A stretch of 64,000 bases of DNA. Source: Sulfuricurvum sp. (lineage in GTDB: Bacteria; Campylobacterota; Campylobacteria; Campylobacterales; Sulfurimonadaceae). Positions 1 to 9,258 of the stretch are shown piece after piece (the first letter of the stretch is position 1; each line of letters starts with the position of its first letter). The notes below the pieces were generated by a model. It had not been told where the DNA came from. It did not search any database and saw nothing but the letters and a program-made list of their open reading frames with translations. The translations under genes were made by a program, and so were the position numbers. Location of the stretch: NCBI GenBank assembly GCA_003245815.1, contig QKCD01000053.1:14955-78954 (forward strand). The letters are read 5' to 3'.

Positions 1-1054
1 GGTTGTGTTTCCATTCGGCGGCGACGACCCTGCCCGAACGCGCCGCATACACCGGCGTCCCCACCGGCACCGCAAAATCGACGGCGAAAGTCGAACGGCC
101 ATGGTGGGTCGCGCGGCCGCCATACCCCTGGGAGACGACAACCCGGCTGCCGGAGGCAAAGGGAAGGCGGTAGGTGATACCGTCGTCATGTCGGGCGGAG
201 AGCGTCCCCATGGCCATCCGCAGCGTATACCCGAAGCTGATGCCGGTGCGGCGGTCAAGGGGGGTCACGGTGCGCAGCGCCCCCTCCTTCCCCGCGGCCA
301 GTTCCAGTGTCACCGATTTTGATCCGCCGAAGGCGACGTTACGGGCGTTGACGAACGCGATGTGCAGCGTCACGCTGTAACGGTTCGCGTTTTCGGCGTA
401 GAGCGTGTACCCCTGCGCGTCGGGAAGGGCATAGAGCAGGATATTGTTGAAGCGTTTGAGCAGCCGTTTCTTCGAGGCGTCGGCCAGCTCGACTTCGGCC
501 CGGGTCTCGTAGGCCCGCAGCGCTTCGATATAGGCGGCACGGTTTTCGGCCACGAAGGCCTTCTCCTTGAGCAGACGCTCCGCGGCGGCGCAGTGCCACG
601 ACTGCCGCCGGGGCGTATAGTAGGTCTCAACCGCCTCGAGGATGTGGCGGTTCTGCAGGGGCTCGAGCGGATGTTCGAGCAGGGTTTCGAAAAGGGGGCG
701 GTCATCATGCTCCATTGCATGGCGCAGTGCCGTGACGTAGAGGCGCTCCAGCTGCCGCTGCTCGGTCTGTAGCGCCCGGAGCCGCTTCAGGTAGTCGCGG
801 CCGGGCGGGGCGTCGCCCTCCCCCGCCGCATTGATTTTTGCGCCCAGGGCGAAGGCCTCCGCAAGCTTGGCGCCAAAGGCCGCGATCTCTGCACGGTGGG
901 GCGCGAAATACTCCTGCTCGCTCAAAGCCGCCAGTGCCACCCGGTCCTCTTCGAGGCCCCTGCCAAGCTGCTCATAGGCACCAGGCACGTCCAGTGCCCA
1001 GGCACCGCACCAGAGCAGCACCACCGCCACAGCTAGCTTCACGATGCTTTTCAT
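1..1054 (-). CDS. M23-family (LytM-type) metallopeptidase, secreted; 3' end runs off the window
   Basis: Not in the supplied ORF track because there is no stop inside the window. Reverse complement from ATG at 1054 reads MKSIVKLAVAVVLLWCGAWA... (signal peptide) with no stop down to position 1. It ends ...THHGRSTFAVDFAVPVGTPVYAARSGRVVAAEW, the H-x-n-D / G-x-PV-x-A core typical of peptidase M23. The + strand ORFs 5..322, 362..772 and 838..1107 are shadow frames. Confidence 0.8.
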   Translation of the reverse strand, partial: MKSIVKLAVAVVLLWCGAWALDVPGAYEQLGRGLEEDRVALAALSEQEYFAPHRAEIAAFGAKLAEAFALGAKINAAGEGDAPPGRDYLKRLRALQTEQRQLERLYVTALRHAMEHDDRPLFETLLEHPLEPLQNRHILEAVETYYTPRRQSWHCAAAERLLKEKAFVAENRAAYIEALRAYETRAEVELADASKKRLLKRFNNILLYALPDAQGYTLYAENANRYSVTLHIAFVNARNVAFGGSKSVTLELAAGKEGALRTVTPLDRRTGISFGYTLRMAMGTLSARHDDGITYRLPFASGSRVVVSQGYGGRATHHGRSTFAVDFAVPVGTPVYAARSGRVVAAEWKHN

Positions 1055-1144
1055 GCGCGCGCTCCTCCCGTTTCCCTCTTGCAACCATTCTACTGGAGAT
1101 GGCTTAAAAAGAGGCGCAGGAGCTCCCACTTCTTTGGCTCCCTC

Positions 1145-1153
1145 TGGTATAAT
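1145..1153 (+). promoter_or_regulatory. extended -10 box (TGgTATAAT) for fba
   Basis: TGGTATAAT lies 31 nt upstream of the fba ATG (1185). AAAGGG Shine-Dalgarno at 1171-1176. Confidence 0.5.
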
Positions 1154-1184
1154 CGCCTTATCAAATTGCTAAAGGGTTTGTGAC

Positions 1185-2264
1185 ATGAGCGAACGTATTC
1201 TGGACCTGGTCAAACCGGGTGTTCTCAGCGGCGACGATATCCAACTGGTGTATGCAGCGGCAAAAAAAGCGGGCTTTGCGCTTCCCGCCGTCAACGTGGT
1301 CGGTACCGACTCCATCAACGGTGTTCTGGAAGCGGCGGCGGCCGTCAACTCTCCGGTCATCATCCAGTTTTCCAACGGCGGCGCCAGCTACTACGCCGGA
1401 AAGGGACTGAGTAACAAAGAGGAGAAGGCGGCAATCGCCGGTGCCATCTCGGGTGCGCACCACGTGCATATGATGGCCGAAGCCTACGGTATTCCGGTTA
1501 TTCTCCACACGGACCATGCGGCACGCGAGCTGCTCCCCTGGATCGACGCCCTGCTCGACGCCGGTGAAGACTTCTACGCCACCCACGGCAAACCGCTCTT
1601 CAGCTCCCACATGCTCGACCTCTCCGAGGAGCCCCTCGAAGAGAACGTCGCTACCTGCGTGGAGTACCTCAAACGCATGAGCAAGATCGGTATGACCCTC
1701 GAACTCGAACTCGGCGTCACCGGCGGCGAAGAGGACGGCGTCGACAACACGAACATCGACAACGCCCTGCTCTACACCCAGCCCGAAGAAGTCTGCTACG
1801 CCTACGAAGAGCTCTCCAAGGTGAGCAAGCGCTTCACGGTCGCCGCCTCCTTCGGCAACGTCCACGGCGTCTACAAGCCGGGCAACGTCGTCCTGACACC
1901 GAAGATCCTCGACAATTCCCAGAAATACATCGAGGAGAAACACCACACCCAGCCCAAGCCGGTCGACTTCGTCTTCCACGGCGGTTCGGGCTCAAGCATT
2001 GAGGAGATCCGCGAAGCGATCAGCTACGGCGTCATCAAGATGAACATCGACACCGATACCCAGTGGGCGACCTGGGAGGGTACGAAGAACTACGTCGAGA
2101 AGTACCACGACTACCTGCAGGGCCAGATCGGCAACCCCGAAGGCGAAGAGAAGCCGAACAAAAAGTACTACGACCCGCGCAAATGGCTCCGCGCCGGCCA
2201 GGAAACCCTCGTCGCACGGGTCAAACAGGCCTTCTCCGACCTGAACGCCCTCGACCGCAACTAA
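1185..2264 (+). CDS. fba: class II fructose-1,6-bisphosphate aldolase
   Basis: 359 aa. Full-length resemblance to FbaA (…PAVNVVGTDSINGVLEAAAAVNSPVIIQFSNGGA…HTDHA…FHGGSGS…). Confidence 0.97.
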   Translation: MSERILDLVKPGVLSGDDIQLVYAAAKKAGFALPAVNVVGTDSINGVLEAAAAVNSPVIIQFSNGGASYYAGKGLSNKEEKAAIAGAISGAHHVHMMAEAYGIPVILHTDHAARELLPWIDALLDAGEDFYATHGKPLFSSHMLDLSEEPLEENVATCVEYLKRMSKIGMTLELELGVTGGEEDGVDNTNIDNALLYTQPEEVCYAYEELSKVSKRFTVAASFGNVHGVYKPGNVVLTPKILDNSQKYIEEKHHTQPKPVDFVFHGGSGSSIEEIREAISYGVIKMNIDTDTQWATWEGTKNYVEKYHDYLQGQIGNPEGEEKPNKKYYDPRKWLRAGQETLVARVKQAFSDLNALDRN

Positions 2265-2397
2265 GTCACATCTATATTAAAGGAAGGGGCATCCCCTCTT
2301 CCCTGTACCCCTTCCCTTCCTGCCGAAAAAACTGCCCTATTTCCCGTCAACCCTTTCCCGGTTCCGGCACCCTGCTACGTTCCGATCCGGCTGCCGG

Positions 2398-2607
2398 TTA
2401 TTGCGGCGGCGGCAGCAGGTAGTGTTTCAGCGCCAGGTAGGCGGCCGTCGCGGCGATCATCCAGATCCCGATCATCCCCCCGAGGCCCAGCAGCATCACT
2501 CCTTCCGGATCGTTAAAGACGACCATTCCCGTAAGAAAGCCGGCGACGAAAGGGGCCGCCACGGCGACGCGCAGCGTCCGGATCAGCCGTTTGTGCATCG
2601 TGTTCAT
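2398..2607 (-). CDS. small membrane protein (69 aa, two hydrophobic segments), translationally coupled to the upstream gene
   Basis: This is the last 69 codons of track ORF 2398..3267: MNTMHKRLIRTLRVAVAAPFVAGFLTGMVVF…IGIWMIAATAAYLALKHYLLPPPQ. Its ATG overlaps the TGA of the 2604..3488 gene (ATGA overlap). Confidence 0.5.
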   Translation of the reverse strand: MNTMHKRLIRTLRVAVAAPFVAGFLTGMVVFNDPEGVMLLGLGGMIGIWMIAATAAYLALKHYLLPPPQ

Positions 2608-3488
2608 ACCATCTTCTTGTAGCGATAGCGTTCGAGCATCGTCTCGTTGCCGATCAGCCCGCCGCTGTGGATGTAGAGCAGGGTCCCCCCCTCGAGGCGG
2701 GGGAGCTGCATCAATTCGTACCACATCTTCGCCCCGTAGACCAGGTCGAATTCGATGCCCGCGTCGCGCAGCTCCTGCCAGATCCGCAGCAGTTCGGGGT
2801 AGGGTTTGGCGAAGTGGTGTTTCTTGGCGCCGCCAATGATCCGCAGATTGGCGGGGAGCGGTCCGAGCCGGCGCATCTGCTCCTCCAGGTAGGTCCCGGA
2901 TCCGACGGCAGGCGTCGTGATCACCCGGACCTCCGGCATTGCCTCGGCGAGAAAGTAGGCCGTCGTACCCGTCCCCGACGGCGTCACGACGGTGACGCCG
3001 CTGCGTTTCCCGCTTTTTAAAAGCCATCCGCGAACTTCTTCGGCCAGGACCGCCACCCCCTTGCGGGCGATCCTGTCGGCCCCGCCCTGGGGAATGACCA
3101 GGGTCGTATCGTCTCCGAGGGCGGCGAGTTCGCGGATGCGCCGCGGGTAGGTGTCGTGGGGAAATTCGTGCAGCGCCATCCCCAGGGCCAGGGCCTGCTT
3201 CAGGTTGCCCGTCGGCAGGGAGCGCAGATGTTCCGGTACCGGCTTCGCGTAGTAGTCGAAGGCCCACCCCTGGCGGCGGCAGAGCGCGGCGATGGAGAGC
3301 ATGGCGTTGGACTGGGTGCCGCCGTAGGAGACGACCCGCTCGTACTGCGCGGCAGGCGTGTGTAGCAGGGAATAGAGCTTCCGGAACTTGTTGCCGCTGA
3401 AGTAGGGGTGGATGGTATCGTCGCGCTTAACGTAGAAGACCCTGCCGCGAAATTCGAAGGGTTCGACGGCAGAGAGGGGGGAGTGCAT
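2604..3488 (-). CDS. PLP-dependent ACC deaminase / D-cysteine desulfhydrase family protein
   Basis: 294 aa. Family-typical N-terminus FYVKRDDTIHPYFSGNKFRKL and SYGGTQSNAMLSIAA. Confidence 0.85.
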   Translation of the reverse strand: MHSPLSAVEPFEFRGRVFYVKRDDTIHPYFSGNKFRKLYSLLHTPAAQYERVVSYGGTQSNAMLSIAALCRRQGWAFDYYAKPVPEHLRSLPTGNLKQALALGMALHEFPHDTYPRRIRELAALGDDTTLVIPQGGADRIARKGVAVLAEEVRGWLLKSGKRSGVTVVTPSGTGTTAYFLAEAMPEVRVITTPAVGSGTYLEEQMRRLGPLPANLRIIGGAKKHHFAKPYPELLRIWQELRDAGIEFDLVYGAKMWYELMQLPRLEGGTLLYIHSGGLIGNETMLERYRYKKMV

Positions 3489-4328
3489 TCAGTCGCCGTA
3501 AGTGATCTTCGCGCTGTTGCGCAGGGCCTTGCTCTGTTTGTCCAGTTCCGCCTTGAGCTTGTTGGCCCGAAGCTGCTTTTCGATAAAGCCCTTGACCTCT
3601 TCGTAGCTGTACTTCTTCGGCGCGAACTTCTTTTCAAGATAGATGACGTGGTAACCGAACTGGGTCTTCACCGGTGACGTCGTGATCGTACCCTCTTTCA
3701 GGTTGAAAACGGCGGCATCGAATTCCGGGACCATCTGGCCGCGGGGGAAACGTCCAAGGTCTCCGCCCTTGGCGGCGCTTGGGCCTTTGGAGCGCTTGAT
3801 CGCCAGGGTCACGAACCGTTCCTGCAGCGCTTTGCCCGTCAGTCCCGAGAGTTCGTCGATGACGTTTTTCGCCTCCGCCTCGCTGGGAACGAGGATGTGG
3901 CGGGCGTTGACGGTCTCGGGGACGTCGTACTCCTTGACGTTCGCCTCGTAATGGGCCTTGACCTCTTTTTCGTCGACCTTGATGTTGTTGAAGATATCCT
4001 TTTCCCAGGCGCGGGCCGCCAGCTGGCGCTCGAGGCGCTTGAGCATCTCCTGAAGTTCCTGTTTGTAGTCGTCGGTCTCGAGAAGCCCCTTCTGCTTGGC
4101 ATCCTCGTAGATCAGCTCCTGCATGATCATCCCCTCGACGATGTTCTTCAGCAGCTCATCCTGTTTCTCTTTCGGCAGATTCGGAAAGGCGCCCTGCGTC
4201 CCCTCCATCACCACCTTCTGCACTTCGTCGGCGCCGATCTTCGTCCCGTTGACCGTCGCCATGGTCTCAGCCGATGCAGCGGCTGCGAAAAGCATCGCGG
4301 CCGCCAGCATCTTGAATATCCTATGCAT
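3489..4328 (-). CDS. secreted parvulin-type peptidyl-prolyl isomerase/chaperone (SurA / PEB4-like)
   Basis: Start trimmed to MHRIFKMLAAAMLFAAAASA (signal peptide) with GGAAGGA upstream. Parvulin core …ARHILV…GGDLGRFPRGQMVPEFD…SPVKTQFGYHVI…. Lies next to fba and nth, as I recall for peb4 in C. jejuni. Confidence 0.88.
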   Translation of the reverse strand: MHRIFKMLAAAMLFAAAASAETMATVNGTKIGADEVQKVVMEGTQGAFPNLPKEKQDELLKNIVEGMIMQELIYEDAKQKGLLETDDYKQELQEMLKRLERQLAARAWEKDIFNNIKVDEKEVKAHYEANVKEYDVPETVNARHILVPSEAEAKNVIDELSGLTGKALQERFVTLAIKRSKGPSAAKGGDLGRFPRGQMVPEFDAAVFNLKEGTITTSPVKTQFGYHVIYLEKKFAPKKYSYEEVKGFIEKQLRANKLKAELDKQSKALRNSAKITYGD

Positions 4329-4467
4329 TCTTATCCTTCCAGCTTCTGGAACTCTCTCAAGTTCAGGATTATAGTCAAAAGCGTGTGCGAGCAAACTTAA
4401 AACAAGCGGGATCGGTTGTATCGGACTATTGTAGGACGGAAAAATTAACAGTTGTCCACCCTGCGGA

Positions 4468-6393
4468 CTACGCACTGGGGGGACGGATATTGCTCCGGGT
4501 CTCCTGCAGGAACAGGCGGATCATGCGCAGTAGGATCGCCGTATCCACCGGTTTGGTCAGGTACTCGTCCAGCCCGGCGTCGAGGATCCGCTCCCGGTCA
4601 CCCGGCAGCGCATGGGCCGTCAGGGCAATGATCGGGACGCGCCGCCGCTTTTCGCGCCGGTCGATCTCGTGAATCAGGCGCGTCGCCGTCAGTCCGTCCA
4701 TCACCGGCATGTCGATGTCCATCAGGACAAGGTCGTAAGGACGCTCAAGGTAGGCGTCCACCGCTTCCTGGCCATTGTCCGCGACGGCGATCTCGTAGTG
4801 GAACTTTTCCAGCAACGTCGTCATCAGCTTCTGGTTGATCGGGTTGTCCTCGGCGATCAGGATCGCTGCCTGCCTGCTGATGACTTCCCGGCTCTGTGTT
4901 TCGGGCGCCAGCAGCTCCGGTGCCGCGGGCTGCGAGAGGGTTGCATGGAGCTTTTCGGGCAGCAGCGGCAGTGCCACAAGCCAATCGCTCCCCAGGGTCT
5001 CACCCCGGAGTTCCTCTTCCCGGGCAGAGGTGACGACGGCCGCCACCTTCAATGCCCTGTGGCGCCCCTTGATCGCCGCGACCGTCTCCGGCCTGACGTT
5101 CGCGTTGAGCAAAAAGAGCAGTTCTGCCTCATCGAGCCATCCGTCGTCGACACCGGTGACTTCCCGGCTTTCGATGCCGAACGCCTCCAGGTACTGCTGC
5201 AGCAGTTTCCCCTGCAGCGCCATGGCGTCGCGGGTCGCCATAACGGCGGCGCGGCGGACGGAGCAGGGAGCGAAACGGGAAGCCTCCCCGATCCGGTGCG
5301 CGAGGCGGAACGAGAAGCGGCTCCCCCGGCCGGGGCGCGAGGCGACCCGAAGGCGCGACTGCATCGCCCCAAGGAGCCGGTGGCTGACGTGCAGGCCGAT
5401 CCCCAGCCCTTCGCGGGAGGTTTCGGAGTAGGCAGACGTGAAGGGGCGCGCGATGGTGGCCAGCGCTTCCTCCGCAATCCCCGCCCCCGTATCCGCGACG
5501 GAGTACTCGATCATCGCCCGTTCGATGTCGACCTCCCTGCAGGCGACCTCGACATAGACCTGCCCGCCGGGCTCGGTGAACTTGATGGCGTTGTCGACAA
5601 GGTTACGCATCACCCGGACAATCTTCTTCGCATCGCCGAGCAGCTGTTTGGGAAGCTTCGGATCGAACATGAAAAGCAGCGAAATCCCCTTGACCCGCGC
5701 CAGCTCCAGATAGCGACTGCCGATGGGTTCGAAGAGCGCCATCGGGTCGAAGAGCTCCTGCGCGACCCGGAAATCCCCCCGCTCCGCCTGCATCAGTTCG
5801 ATCAGGTTGTCGACCGTCGAGGTGATTGCCTCGGAGGCGTCGCGAATATGGGTCAGGTACTCGTGCTGAACCACATCGAGCGAGGTATGCTCGAGCAGGC
5901 CCGTAAAACCGACGATGCTGTTGAGCGGTGTGCGAAACTCTTTGGAGATGTTGACCAGCAGATTGCCGGTCAGCTCCTCGTAACGGCGTCGGGCGGCCGT
6001 TGCCCGTTCTTGCTCCGTCTTCTCCTCGAGCGTAACGAGATAAAGCGGTTGCACATCGAGGGTCACCTCTTTGATCCGTACCCGGTAGAGCCGTATCTCC
6101 CCGCCTTTGTCCTTGATCCGGCCGTAGAGGGGAACGGCGTTAGACCGCTCGTACCATACGCCCACATCGGGAAGTTCCCGCCCCGTTTCAGGCACGAAAA
6201 GCTGGGGCAGCGTCGCCCGTTTGGCCTGAAGTTTTTCGAAGCTTTCGAAGCCTGTCAGTTCCAGAAGCGCGTCGTTGCAACCGACCAGTTCCTCATCGGC
6301 ATCGAGGTAGAGGTAGGGGTCGCCATGCCATGCTGCGCACGCTTCAAAGGTGCGGTAGCTGTTGGGATAACGCTGTTGCATCAGAGTCGACAT
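4468..6393 (-). CDS. soluble hybrid sensor histidine kinase / response regulator
   Basis: 641 aa. H-box SKEFRTPLNSIVGF, ATPase motifs DTGAGI / GLGIGL, and C-terminal receiver ILIAEDNPINQ…LVLMDIDMPVMDG…TKPV. No TM segment. AGGAGG 7 nt upstream of the ATG. Confidence 0.9.
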   Translation of the reverse strand: MSTLMQQRYPNSYRTFEACAAWHGDPYLYLDADEELVGCNDALLELTGFESFEKLQAKRATLPQLFVPETGRELPDVGVWYERSNAVPLYGRIKDKGGEIRLYRVRIKEVTLDVQPLYLVTLEEKTEQERATAARRRYEELTGNLLVNISKEFRTPLNSIVGFTGLLEHTSLDVVQHEYLTHIRDASEAITSTVDNLIELMQAERGDFRVAQELFDPMALFEPIGSRYLELARVKGISLLFMFDPKLPKQLLGDAKKIVRVMRNLVDNAIKFTEPGGQVYVEVACREVDIERAMIEYSVADTGAGIAEEALATIARPFTSAYSETSREGLGIGLHVSHRLLGAMQSRLRVASRPGRGSRFSFRLAHRIGEASRFAPCSVRRAAVMATRDAMALQGKLLQQYLEAFGIESREVTGVDDGWLDEAELLFLLNANVRPETVAAIKGRHRALKVAAVVTSAREEELRGETLGSDWLVALPLLPEKLHATLSQPAAPELLAPETQSREVISRQAAILIAEDNPINQKLMTTLLEKFHYEIAVADNGQEAVDAYLERPYDLVLMDIDMPVMDGLTATRLIHEIDRREKRRRVPIIALTAHALPGDRERILDAGLDEYLTKPVDTAILLRMIRLFLQETRSNIRPPSA

Positions 6394-6403
6394 GACAAAC
6401 CTC

Positions 6404-8359
6404 CTATAACGACAGCCGCAGGTGCTTGGTCAAAATCTGCTCAAGTTTTTCTCGGGTCAGGGGCTTGGAGAGGTAGTCGTCCAGCCCCTCCTCGAGGATA
6501 TGTTCCCGGTCCCCCTCCATCGCCAGGGCTGTCAGGGCCACGATCGGCATGTAGGCCGCCGACGCGGGGTTACGCCGCTTTTTGATTTCCTGGGTCGCCA
6601 GGATGCCGTCCTTGATCGGCATGTCGATGTCCATGAAGATGATGTCGAAATCTTCCCCTTCGCACGCCTGGACCGCCTCGGTGCCGTTGGAGGCCGTGCG
6701 TACCGCAATGCCGTACTCCTGCAGCATAATCCGGATCAGGCGCTGATTGATCAGGTTGTCCTCGGCCACCAGCGCGCGTACGTGTTTTCGGCCGATCTGG
6801 GTCTTTGCATCCTCCGTGCGCGGCAGCTTGAACACCTGCACCAGGTGGTGGAAGAGCGGGCTCGGCAGCAGCGGTTTCCCGAGGGTGTAGTCGACAACCC
6901 CGGCGAGTGAGGGCAGCAAGGCCTCGTGCTCTTCCCGCAGGTAGGCGAGCGCGCAGCGCTTCGACGCGCTCGAGAGGTTCGCGATCCCCGATTCATCCGC
7001 CGGTAACCCCACGAGGTAGATCAGATCCGCGTCGTCATAGATCGAGCGGTCGAGCAGCTGTACCTTGATGACGTTGAGGCCGAAACTGCGCAGGTAATGG
7101 GTCAGGAAGTTGGCATCGTCAATCCGTTTTTCGTCCAGCAGCGCCACCTTCACCGTCTTCGCTTCGACCATCCGCATCGCCTGCTCTTTCGAAGCGTCGA
7201 ACTCCAGGGCAAAGCTGAAGACCGATCCGACCCCCTCTTCGCTCTGGATGTTGAGCTTGCCGCCGAGCAGCTGGATCAGGCCGTGCGAGAGGCTCAGCCC
7301 CACACCGAGGCGTTCGTCCGCCTGCTCCCCTGCGACAAAGGGCTGGGTGATGAGTGCGAGCCGATCCTTGGCGATCCCCTTGCCGGTATCACGGACGCTG
7401 AAGCCGATGCTGCAGCGCCCCAGGCCGATGCGCTCGACCAGCTTGACTTCGACATTGATCCGGCCCCCCGGGGCGGTGAACTTGATGGCGTTGCCGACAA
7501 GGTTGTTGAGGATCTGCTTCACTTTGCGCAGGTCCCCCTCTACGGTGGCGGGGAGTTTCGGGTCGATGAAGCAGTGGAGGAAGATCTTGCGTTCCCGGGC
7601 CCGGAGGACGTAGAGCTGTGCCAGCTCCTCCATCTCCGTCACGGGGTTGAACTCTCCGACGGAGACTTTGAGCCGGCCGCTCTGCATCTGGGCCAGGTCC
7701 AGCAGGCTCTCGATGTTGGACATAAGGCTGCGCGCAGAGGCGTGGATCATTCCGAGATATTCGTTCTGCTGGCGGGTAGGGTGGCTCTTCTCGAGGAGGT
7801 CGACGAAGCCCAGGATCCCGTTCATCGGGGTGCGGAACTCGTGGCCGATATTGGCGAGGAACTCGCTCTTGAGCCGCTCGATCTCTTCGGAGCGGCTGCG
7901 GGCAGCCTCAAGCTCGGTGCGGTCCTCAAGCTCGAGGATATAGAGTTCCTTTTTGTTGTGACGGATCCGCCGGCTCTTGGCCAGGAAGCTGTGCAGCACC
8001 TCGTCGCGATCGCGGAGCCGCACCGTATAGCCGTCGCTTTTCTGCACGCGTAGATAGTCCAGCCAGCTCTTATCGTATTCGGTGAAGATATCCTCCCCCT
8101 CCCCTTCGAAGAGTTCGCGGATACTCTCGTGCTTGGAAGTGAAGTCGGCGATACTGCTGAAGGGGAAGGTTTCGAAAAAAGCTCTGTTCGCCCCGACCCA
8201 TCCTCCCGACTCCGTGAAGAAGAGGATGATGGAGCTCTCAAGGTCGAGAATCTGGTAGAAAAGATCCTTGCTGACGTACCCCGCTTCCGCTTCGCCGGCC
8301 AGGGACGCGCTGCCGCCGGCATCGCCGAAGAGTCTTTTCATCCATGCTAGAAGTGCCAT
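6404..8359 (-). CDS. soluble hybrid sensor histidine kinase / response regulator
   Basis: H-box LANIGHEFRTPMNGILGF, VRDTGKGI, GVGLSLS, and receiver ALVAEDNLINQ…IIFMDIDMPIKDG…SKPL. The track ORF runs on to 9058 across nth. The first plausible ATG is 8359 (MALLAWMKRLF; alternative 8341). Confidence 0.85.
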   Translation of the reverse strand: MALLAWMKRLFGDAGGSASLAGEAEAGYVSKDLFYQILDLESSIILFFTESGGWVGANRAFFETFPFSSIADFTSKHESIRELFEGEGEDIFTEYDKSWLDYLRVQKSDGYTVRLRDRDEVLHSFLAKSRRIRHNKKELYILELEDRTELEAARSRSEEIERLKSEFLANIGHEFRTPMNGILGFVDLLEKSHPTRQQNEYLGMIHASARSLMSNIESLLDLAQMQSGRLKVSVGEFNPVTEMEELAQLYVLRARERKIFLHCFIDPKLPATVEGDLRKVKQILNNLVGNAIKFTAPGGRINVEVKLVERIGLGRCSIGFSVRDTGKGIAKDRLALITQPFVAGEQADERLGVGLSLSHGLIQLLGGKLNIQSEEGVGSVFSFALEFDASKEQAMRMVEAKTVKVALLDEKRIDDANFLTHYLRSFGLNVIKVQLLDRSIYDDADLIYLVGLPADESGIANLSSASKRCALAYLREEHEALLPSLAGVVDYTLGKPLLPSPLFHHLVQVFKLPRTEDAKTQIGRKHVRALVAEDNLINQRLIRIMLQEYGIAVRTASNGTEAVQACEGEDFDIIFMDIDMPIKDGILATQEIKKRRNPASAAYMPIVALTALAMEGDREHILEEGLDDYLSKPLTREKLEQILTKHLRLSL

Positions 8360-8485
8360 ACACGCCTTTCTGCGGGCCCTGCCCGCGTACACTGCAAACT
8401 CCGAGAATGATACTACAACTCCGGTTAACACACCGAATAGAGCCTCCGTCGTTCCCGCCCCCGTAACCCTGCGGCACGCCGTTTC

Positions 8486-8493
8486 GCTACAAT
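8486..8493 (+). promoter_or_regulatory. -10 box GCTACAAT for nth
   Basis: GCTACAAT lies 31 nt upstream of the nth ATG (8525). Confidence 0.4.
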
Positions 8494-8524
8494 ACGGCGC
8501 AAAAAGACGTAAACGGACACCAAG

Positions 8525-9172
8525 ATGAAAAAAGCTACCCGTAAAGAGATCGAGACGATCCGCCAGCGGCTGCTCGAACGCTATAGCGACGCCGTGACGG
8601 AACTCGAATACCGCAACCTCTTCGAACTCGTCATCGCCGTCGCCCTCTCCGCCCAGTGCACGGACAAGCGGGTCAACCTCATCACCCCGGCCCTCTTCGA
8701 GAAGTACCCCGACCCCCAAAGCCTCGCCGGAGCCAACGTGGAGGAGGTAAAGGAACTGATCCGCAGCTGCTCGTTCTTCAACAACAAGGCGGTCAACATC
8801 GTCAAGATGGCACAACGCGTCGTGGAAGCCTACGGCGGCGAAGTGCCGCTGGATGAGAAGGAGCTCGTCACCCTCCCCGGCGTCGGCCAGAAGACCGCCC
8901 ACGTCGTGATGATCGAGTACACCGGCGCCAACCTGATGGCCGTCGACACCCACGTCTTCCGTGTCGCCCACCGCCTGGGCCTCAGCGACGACGCGACGGC
9001 GCTGAAGACCGAGGAGACCCTCGTGAAGAAGTTCAAGAGCGACCTCCACCAGCTCCACCAGGGGATGGTCCTCTTCGGCCGCTACATCTGTACCGCCCAG
9101 AAGCCCAAGTGCGATACGGAATGCTTCCTCGGCGACCTCTGCAAAAGCACGGAGAGTTTCAAGGCCCGTTAG
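8525..9172 (+). CDS. nth: endonuclease III (DNA-(apurinic/apyrimidinic site) lyase)
   Basis: 215 aa. HhH-GPD motif LPGVGQKTAHVV, catalytic region MAVDTHVFRV, and C-terminal 4Fe-4S Cys cluster C-x6-C-x2-C-x5-C (CTAQKPKCDTECFLGDLC). Confidence 0.95.
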   Translation: MKKATRKEIETIRQRLLERYSDAVTELEYRNLFELVIAVALSAQCTDKRVNLITPALFEKYPDPQSLAGANVEEVKELIRSCSFFNNKAVNIVKMAQRVVEAYGGEVPLDEKELVTLPGVGQKTAHVVMIEYTGANLMAVDTHVFRVAHRLGLSDDATALKTEETLVKKFKSDLHQLHQGMVLFGRYICTAQKPKCDTECFLGDLCKSTESFKAR

Positions 9173-9200
9173 GTCCCGTCGCCAACCGTCTGCTTTCCGG

Positions 9201-9209
9201 TGCTATAAT
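9201..9209 (+). promoter_or_regulatory. extended -10 box TGcTATAAT for the GGDEF gene
   Basis: TGCTATAAT sits inside the last codons and immediate downstream region of nth. This argues that the downstream ATG 9259 is the start, not 9109 or 9208. Confidence 0.45.
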
Positions 9210-9258
9210 GACTTCACCGGACGCCCCGGTGCGTCACGGCGGAAGGTGGACCACCCCC

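Noticed and set aside
2398-3267. The 289-aa ORF on the minus strand overlapping the ACC-deaminase-family gene.
   Set aside because: It lies out of frame across a well-supported CDS and is Arg/Pro/Gly-rich. Only its last 69 codons (2398..2607), which lie beyond the neighbouring gene, look like a real small membrane protein.
4612-6585. Very long ORFs antisense to real genes. Examples are 4612..6585 +, 14149..16149 -, 34992..36563 +, 46888..48999 +, 51916..53709 + and 55550..57142 +.
   Set aside because: These are typical shadow frames of a GC3-rich genome. Their translations are Arg/Gly/Pro/Asp-rich low-complexity sequence with no motifs. The opposite strand encodes unmistakable proteins (histidine kinases, FtsH, OvoA, Dxs, FliF).
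9109-9258. The N-terminal extension of the GGDEF gene overlapping nth.
   Set aside because: It would overlap nth by 64 nt and it contains the TGcTATAAT -10 box. ATG 9259 has a Shine-Dalgarno and directly precedes the first TM helix.
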